NCBI GenBank assembly: GCA_045803545.1
Contig: JBJMOW010000004.1
Location: 256,001 to 320,000, forward strand
Length of the DNA stretch: 64,000 nucleotides
Source of the DNA: Gemmatimonadaceae bacterium
GTDB lineage: Bacteria; Gemmatimonadota; Gemmatimonadetes; Gemmatimonadales; Gemmatimonadaceae
Reading direction: 5' to 3'
Shown: positions 59,801 to 64,000 of the stretch, in pieces
Layout of the letters: every line of letters starts with the position of its first letter
How positions within the stretch are numbered: the first letter of the stretch is position 1
Program-made: the position numbers and the translations under genes
The notes under the pieces: generated by a model
The model's input: the letters and a program-made list of their open reading frames with translations, nothing else
Told to the model about the DNA's origin: nothing
Database searches by the model: none

Positions 59801-62800
59801 GGAAAATCAAGTGACCGGCGAGGTCCTGATACAGCGCCGCATCGGCGGGCGCGATTCCCAGATCACGGAGCTCGGCCTGTGCCTGCGCCCACGACAGATC
59901 GAGCGCCCGTCGCGCGCTATACGGGTCGTGGTAGAGATCGGCGAGCTCCAGCGCCCGCTCCTTGTTCGCCGCGACGAAGGTCGTGAAAGCTACATTCGCC
60001 GAAGCGCCAGGTGGAATCCGTACGCGCACACGCAATGAGAAGATCGGGTCGAGCACCGCTCCGACGGTCCCAGACAATCCTGCGCCCTCATCGAGCGCCT
60101 GCGCGTTTCTTACCGATCGCCCGCGACCCACGAATTTTGCGCGATCTGTTTCGCATGTCACGGTGCTTACTGCTTCGGGTCCAGTCGCCACGACGTGAGC
60201 ACACCACAGCGCTGCTTCCGTCGCCGATCGCGGCCGGCGAGTCGCCAGCAGTGCAGCTTTCCCTTCCAGAAATTCCGTTTGCACGAAGAGATTCGCGAAC
60301 GCGGGATGCATCCGATCCGCTTCCGGCGGCGTCAGTACAACCTCGGCGTAGCTCGTGAGTTCGATATCGCGTGGTTGCAGCGAGCGGTTGGTCAGAATGA
60401 TTCGCCGCACTTCAGCCGCATCGTCCGATGCTACCGCGATCTCCGTCACCGTATCGATGTCGCCGTCGCGCCTGATGAACGTGATTCGATCGCTGGCAAA
60501 CAGCACCCGATACCATTGCGGCTCAGTGCCCGACGGCTGATGTGCCGTCGACCAAACGTGTCCGGTGGTCAGATCTTTTACATAGCACCATTGCCCGTAG
60601 TTGTCGCGCGTGCTGTCATGGCGCCAACGCGTGACCGCGAGATTCCCATACCGACTGAACCCACCGCCGGCGTTTGTTATCAGCGTGGTATATGGGACAT
60701 TTCCAAGGATGCCGACAACCGGTTGCGGTGTATGCGGCGTTTCGATCTCGCGCACCGCTGGCTTCTCCATCTCGCTCGGCACGCGTGCAACATCGTCGCC
60801 CTGTACGTCCTGCACCGTCAGTCGCCGCGGGATGCGTTCCTGCAGCACCAGCTCCGCCGAGCGCACCAGCGGGTCCGTATGGAAGCGTCGCGGCCACACT
60901 TGTTGGTTCAGCGCATTGTCGAGTGCGACAATGCTCATGCCGATGTGATGCGCCATGAACGTGCAAACCACAGTCTTTCGGGAGCCCGGAGAAGGACGGG
61001 TGTAGTCGAGCGCGTCGCGGAAGCCGTAGGGTCCCAGTGCGCCCTCCTGCTCCAGCGTTGCCAGGTTCTTGAGCGACACATGCGGCTCGACCAGCATTGC
61101 CAGCAGGGTCGCGTATGGCGCAACGACAAGCTCCTTGCTCAACCCGCGTTTCAGGGCGAGGTCGGGGACGCCGAATCCGCGGTACTGGTACGTGTACGAT
61201 CTGTCGCGCACCGCGTACGCTGATTCGGACACGCCCCACGGCACTCCACGCTCTGCGCCATATGTGATCTGGCGCTTTACACATCCCTTGTGAGTCTGGT
61301 CGAGCAGGGTGAACGGAAAAGTCTGCATCACCAGCGCCGGCATCAGGTACTCGAACATGCTGCCGCTCCACGACAGCAGCGTTCGCGTTCCCGCAGCGGT
61401 TGTAAGCGAGCGACCGAGCCTGAACCAGTGATCGACTGAGACGTCGTCCTTCGCGACCGCGATGAACGATGCCAGGCGCGATTCCGAGGCGAGCAGATCG
61501 TAGTAGGAATTGTCGACAGTGTTGCTGCCGATGTGGTAGCCGATGGTGAACAGCTTGCGCTTCTCGTCAAAGAGGAAGCGAAAATCCATTTCTACTGCGT
61601 ACGCGTGCGAGCGCTCCGCGATCGCGTGCAGGCGCTTGGCGGCCGGTTCGTCAATCTCCTTGCTCTTCATCATCTCATAGCACGCCTGCTTGAGCGCGAT
61701 GAGATGGCCGGCGAAGTTACCGCTGTCGACCGTCGATACATACGCGGGCTCCAACACGCGCAGCTCGTTGAGGTCGTACCAGTTGAAGAAATGACCGTGG
61801 AACCGACGCATGCGCTCCAGTGAACGGAATACCCGCTCGAGCCGATCGATCATCTCCGCGCGCGTGATGAACCCGAGATCGGCGGCGCTAACCGTCGACA
61901 GCAGCTGCAGTCCAACGTTCGTCGGCGAAGTGCGACGCGCTACGACTGGCTCTGGATCTTCCTGGAAGTTGTCGGGCGCCAGCCAATGCGTGTCTTCAGT
62001 GACGAACTTCTCGAAGAACGCCCAGTGCAGCTTTGCATACCTGATTGCTGCCTGTCGCTCGCTTTCACTCAGGCGAATTTCGCCGAGAATCGCGGGTGCG
62101 CTGAGTGCGAACGCAATGCTCGGACTCGCCAGCCACACGAGAATTAGCGGCAGACTCGCGAGCACAAACAGGAATCGCTGGGCGGACGATGCAGCCGACC
62201 CGATCGTAAGGTGCCAGATTATCATCACCCCGATCACGATGGAAAGCGCAGCAACAGGCCACATCTTCCGCCACGTCTCCAGCTGCGATCCGACACCAAG
62301 CGCCCGCTCGACCTGGGACGCTGTCTGCCACTCGAGAAGATTTCGATGGCTGATGAAGAGACGATATAGAGTGCGCGCTATCGCGTCCGCCGATACGGCC
62401 GCTTGATGCGGCAGGAAAACGAGGGCGAGAATGAACTGCTGCGCGTTGGTGATCGCGTCGCGACCGACAGCTATATAGTATGCGAGCCACGATTGATCGC
62501 GCGGCGGCCGCATCAACGAGATCGTCAGCGAGAACAACCAAGGGAACGCGATCGTGACGAGCACCGTCACCGTCCACGGCAGAATCGATCCCGGCAGCAG
62601 GAACCAGCCGGTGATCAGTAGCGCCAGCTGGAAAATCTCGACGAGACTGCGGCGCAGATTGTCGAAGATCTTCCACCGCGAGATCGCCGACAACCGATTC
62701 TTCATCGGACCGTCGGGGCCAGGCACCGTTCCCTTCAGCCAGCCAAGCAGTTGCCAATCGCCGCGAATCCAGCGGTGTTTACGCCTTGTATAGGTGAGAT

Positions 62801-64000
62801 AGCGAGCCGGATAGTCGTCGTAGACTTCGATGTCGGTTGCGAGCCCGGCGCGTGTCCAGTTCCCCTCGATCAGATCGTGACTGAGTAACGTGTTTTCCGG
62901 GAACCGGCCGTGCGTCGCCTCTTCGAACGCATCGACATCATAGATGCCTTTGCCGGTAAAGCTTCCTTCGCCGTAGAGATCCTGATACACGTCTGACACG
63001 GCCGTCGTGTACGGATCGACTCCAGGGTGGCCGGAGTGAATCGCCGCGAAATAGGATCGATACGCGCTCGTCAGCGAAACACCAACTCTTGGCTGGATTA
63101 TTCCATAGCCTTCCGTTACCCGGCCCAGTGAATCCTCGTAGTACGCGCGATTCAAGGGATGTGCGATCGTGCCGACGAGCAAATACGCTGCATCGCGCGG
63201 CAGCACCGTGTCGGAATCCAACGTGATTACGTAGCGGACGAATTTCAGACGGCTCGTATCGCCGATAATCGTGCTAAAAGCGTCGGTAGCGCCGCCCCGC
63301 ATGTGCTGGTTGAACTGCGCGAGCTTGCCGCGCTTTCGCTCCCACCCCATCCAGACATTCTGCTTCGGATTCCAAAGCCGCGGCCGATGGAAGAGGAAGA
63401 ACACATCCTCATCGCCAGTCCTGTATTTGGCGTTCAACGTTTTGATGCCGGTACTCGCCGCCGCCAAAATCTCCTCGTCGCCATCTCGATGCTCACTCGG
63501 CGAATCCGTGAAGTCGCTGAGTATCGCGAACTGCAGATTCGGATCGCGATTGGCGAGATACTGGACTTCGAGATGCTCGAGTGCCTCTTCGGCGGCGTGG
63601 ACGCTCCCCAGCAGTGTCGGCACCACAACCGCCGTCATGTAGTCCTCAGGAATGCCATCGTCGCGGAGCTCGAGCTTCGGTAGCACACGCGGTGGCATCA
63701 ACAGCGTTATCAGCTGATTGATGACACTGATGCCGATTTCACTCGCGGGGATCAGGGCGAGCAATGCCAGCACTACCTGTACTTCTACGAGCCCCTGCTC
63801 GGCCATCTCGAGCAACATCGCCATCGCCGCCATCGTGAACAGCGTGATGCCGCCGAAATACAGTGTGTTCGGATGTCGTTGCGTCCACCGATAGATCCAC
63901 TCTCCGGGCGGCGGCGTATAACCGACGCGCTGCTCCAGAACACGACGACCCTTGTCGACGAGGAAAAACCCGACATGCGCGTGACGCGTATCACTTGGGT
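56835..64000 (-). CDS. cyclic beta-1,2-glucan synthase (GT84 + GH94 domains; Cgs/ChvB/NdvB-like), partial, start outside window
   Basis: [79 protein letters not shown]. The frame stays open to the window end (HVGFFL). Confidence 0.95.
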   Translation of the reverse strand, partial: PSDTRHAHVGFFLVDKGRRVLEQRVGYTPPPGEWIYRWTQRHPNTLYFGGITLFTMAAMAMLLEMAEQGLVEVQVVLALLALIPASEIGISVINQLITLLMPPRVLPKLELRDDGIPEDYMTAVVVPTLLGSVHAAEEALEHLEVQYLANRDPNLQFAILSDFTDSPSEHRDGDEEILAAASTGIKTLNAKYRTGDEDVFFLFHRPRLWNPKQNVWMGWERKRGKLAQFNQHMRGGATDAFSTIIGDTSRLKFVRYVITLDSDTVLPRDAAYLLVGTIAHPLNRAYYEDSLGRVTEGYGIIQPRVGVSLTSAYRSYFAAIHSGHPGVDPYTTAVSDVYQDLYGEGSFTGKGIYDVDAFEEATHGRFPENTLLSHDLIEGNWTRAGLATDIEVYDDYPARYLTYTRRKHRWIRGDWQLLGWLKGTVPGPDGPMKNRLSAISRWKIFDNLRRSLVEIFQLALLITGWFLLPGSILPWTVTVLVTIAFPWLFSLTISLMRPPRDQSWLAYYIAVGRDAITNAQQFILALVFLPHQAAVSADAIARTLYRLFISHRNLLEWQTASQVERALGVGSQLETWRKMWPVAALSIVIGVMIIWHLTIGSAASSAQRFLFVLASLPLILVWLASPSIAFALSAPAILGEIRLSESERQAAIRYAKLHWAFFEKFVTEDTHWLAPDNFQEDPEPVVARRTSPTNVGLQLLSTVSAADLGFITRAEMIDRLERVFRSLERMRRFHGHFFNWYDLNELRVLEPAYVSTVDSGNFAGHLIALKQACYEMMKSKEIDEPAAKRLHAIAERSHAYAVEMDFRFLFDEKRKLFTIGYHIGSNTVDNSYYDLLASESRLASFIAVAKDDVSVDHWFRLGRSLTTAAGTRTLLSWSGSMFEYLMPALVMQTFPFTLLDQTHKGCVKRQITYGAERGVPWGVSESAYAVRDRSYTYQYRGFGVPDLALKRGLSKELVVAPYATLLAMLVEPHVSLKNLATLEQEGALGPYGFRDALDYTRPSPGSRKTVVCTFMAHHIGMSIVALDNALNQQVWPRRFHTDPLVRSAELVLQERIPRRLTVQDVQGDDVARVPSEMEKPAVREIETPHTPQPVVGILGNVPYTTLITNAGGGFSRYGNLAVTRWRHDSTRDNYGQWCYVKDLTTGHVWSTAHQPSGTEPQWYRVLFASDRITFIRRDGDIDTVTEIAVASDDAAEVRRIILTNRSLQPRDIELTSYAEVVLTPPEADRMHPAFANLFVQTEFLEGKAALLATRRPRSATEAALWCAHVVATGPEAVSTVTCETDRAKFVGRGRSVRNAQALDEGAGLSGTVGAVLDPIFSLRVRVRIPPGASANVAFTTFVAANKERALELADLYHDPYSARRALDLSWAQAQAELRDLGIAPADAALYQDLAGHLIFPHPGFRPAQSAVEQNKLGQQALWSLGISGDWPILLAMIESPVGMPSVRQLLRTHHYWRLKGITCDLVILNMHPMTYMQELSDELLATVMASSEAGLLDRPGGVFIRRADLLTPEDITLLTAMARVQVNCDGLGLGNFLEFPGVEDRYPPKLEIMNRDIVPLGTVPIHADSADPGTGLQCFNGLGGFNERGEYEIHLTGSDYPPAPWVNVVGNPAGGFIVSEGGSGTTWAGNSFFYRISPWHNDPVRDPSSDCVFLRDDANGDLWTATPCPIREPTPYKVRHGAGYTVFEHAHKSLATSFRLGIAEQDPVKISVLTLRNDGVTRKRLTITWYVEWVLGTTRELTQYQIRTSFDEQTQSMFARNYFDAQFASMVSFASISERVAYYTADRREFLGRNGTTSSPAALERAGLSGSVGATIDPCCALQVSVTIEPGETKEIVMLLGAAEGEDAVRELIAKYRAPADAKTAVQANVDSWEHRLEAVKVKTPEPTFDLMLNRWSLYQALSCRMWARSALYQSSGAFGFRDQLQDVMAFVYADPEIARDHIVRASSRQFVEGDVQHWWHPQSGRGVRTRFSDDLVWLPYVIDHYVNIACDTGIFDVEVPYLSMRELNPDEHEVYDLPKVSTETGNIYDHCLRALRKATTKGQHGLPLIGSGDWNDGMNRVGIEGKGESVWLAWFLITTLRKFATHAERRGDSAVRDEMLAKAEEYAEAIERSAWDGEWYRRAYFDDGSPLGSRTSDECKIDAIAQSWSVISGAGRPDRARQGMQSLNKYLVREDARLIMLLTPPFDKTTHDPGYIQGYLPGVRENGAQYTHAALWSVLATAVQGDGDRAFELFQMLNPITHSDSPEGVDTYKVEPYVVAADVYTAKGHLGRGGWTWYTGSASWMYRIALEAILGFNQRGEKLYIDPCIPSGWDQFTIEYRFRSARYKILIENPDKLQRGAVELTVDGRSADGAIDLVDDGKDHLVTALLRPSTSSVPDRPEKARL

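Overview
GC-rich, densely coding bacterial chromosomal window with about 60 CDS. Gene content (e.g. the 28383-29015 family) resembles Gemmatimonadota, but that is my inference. It runs from a partial TolC-type gene with its TetR regulator, through CopC-CopD and arsR-arsM-arsN2 (ending in a truncated metallophosphoesterase stub), to a partial cyclic beta-1,2-glucan synthase. In between are two ECF sigma/zinc-finger anti-sigma modules, a XoxF-like PQQ dehydrogenase with its cytochrome c, an osmoprotectant-type ABC importer, ettA, a plastid/chlamydial-type fabI, tkt, kynB and a ComEC-like MBL/DUF3006 pair. I saw no rRNA, tRNA, CRISPR array, transposase, integrase or phage genes. The least ordinary signals are non-coding: (i) long nested palindromes and repeats built from degenerate 7-mers; (ii) a duplicated AACCC-N13-GGCATCGTA motif that probably defines an ECF promoter and one target; (iii) four sigma54-type boxes before stress-type genes; (iv) repeated leaderless-promoter geometry; (v) readable TetR, ArsR and GntR operators. 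The best candidate for an undescribed protein system is the secreted VIT-vWA + ECF + anti-sigma operon. All product calls come from recognising motifs by eye, not from database searches.
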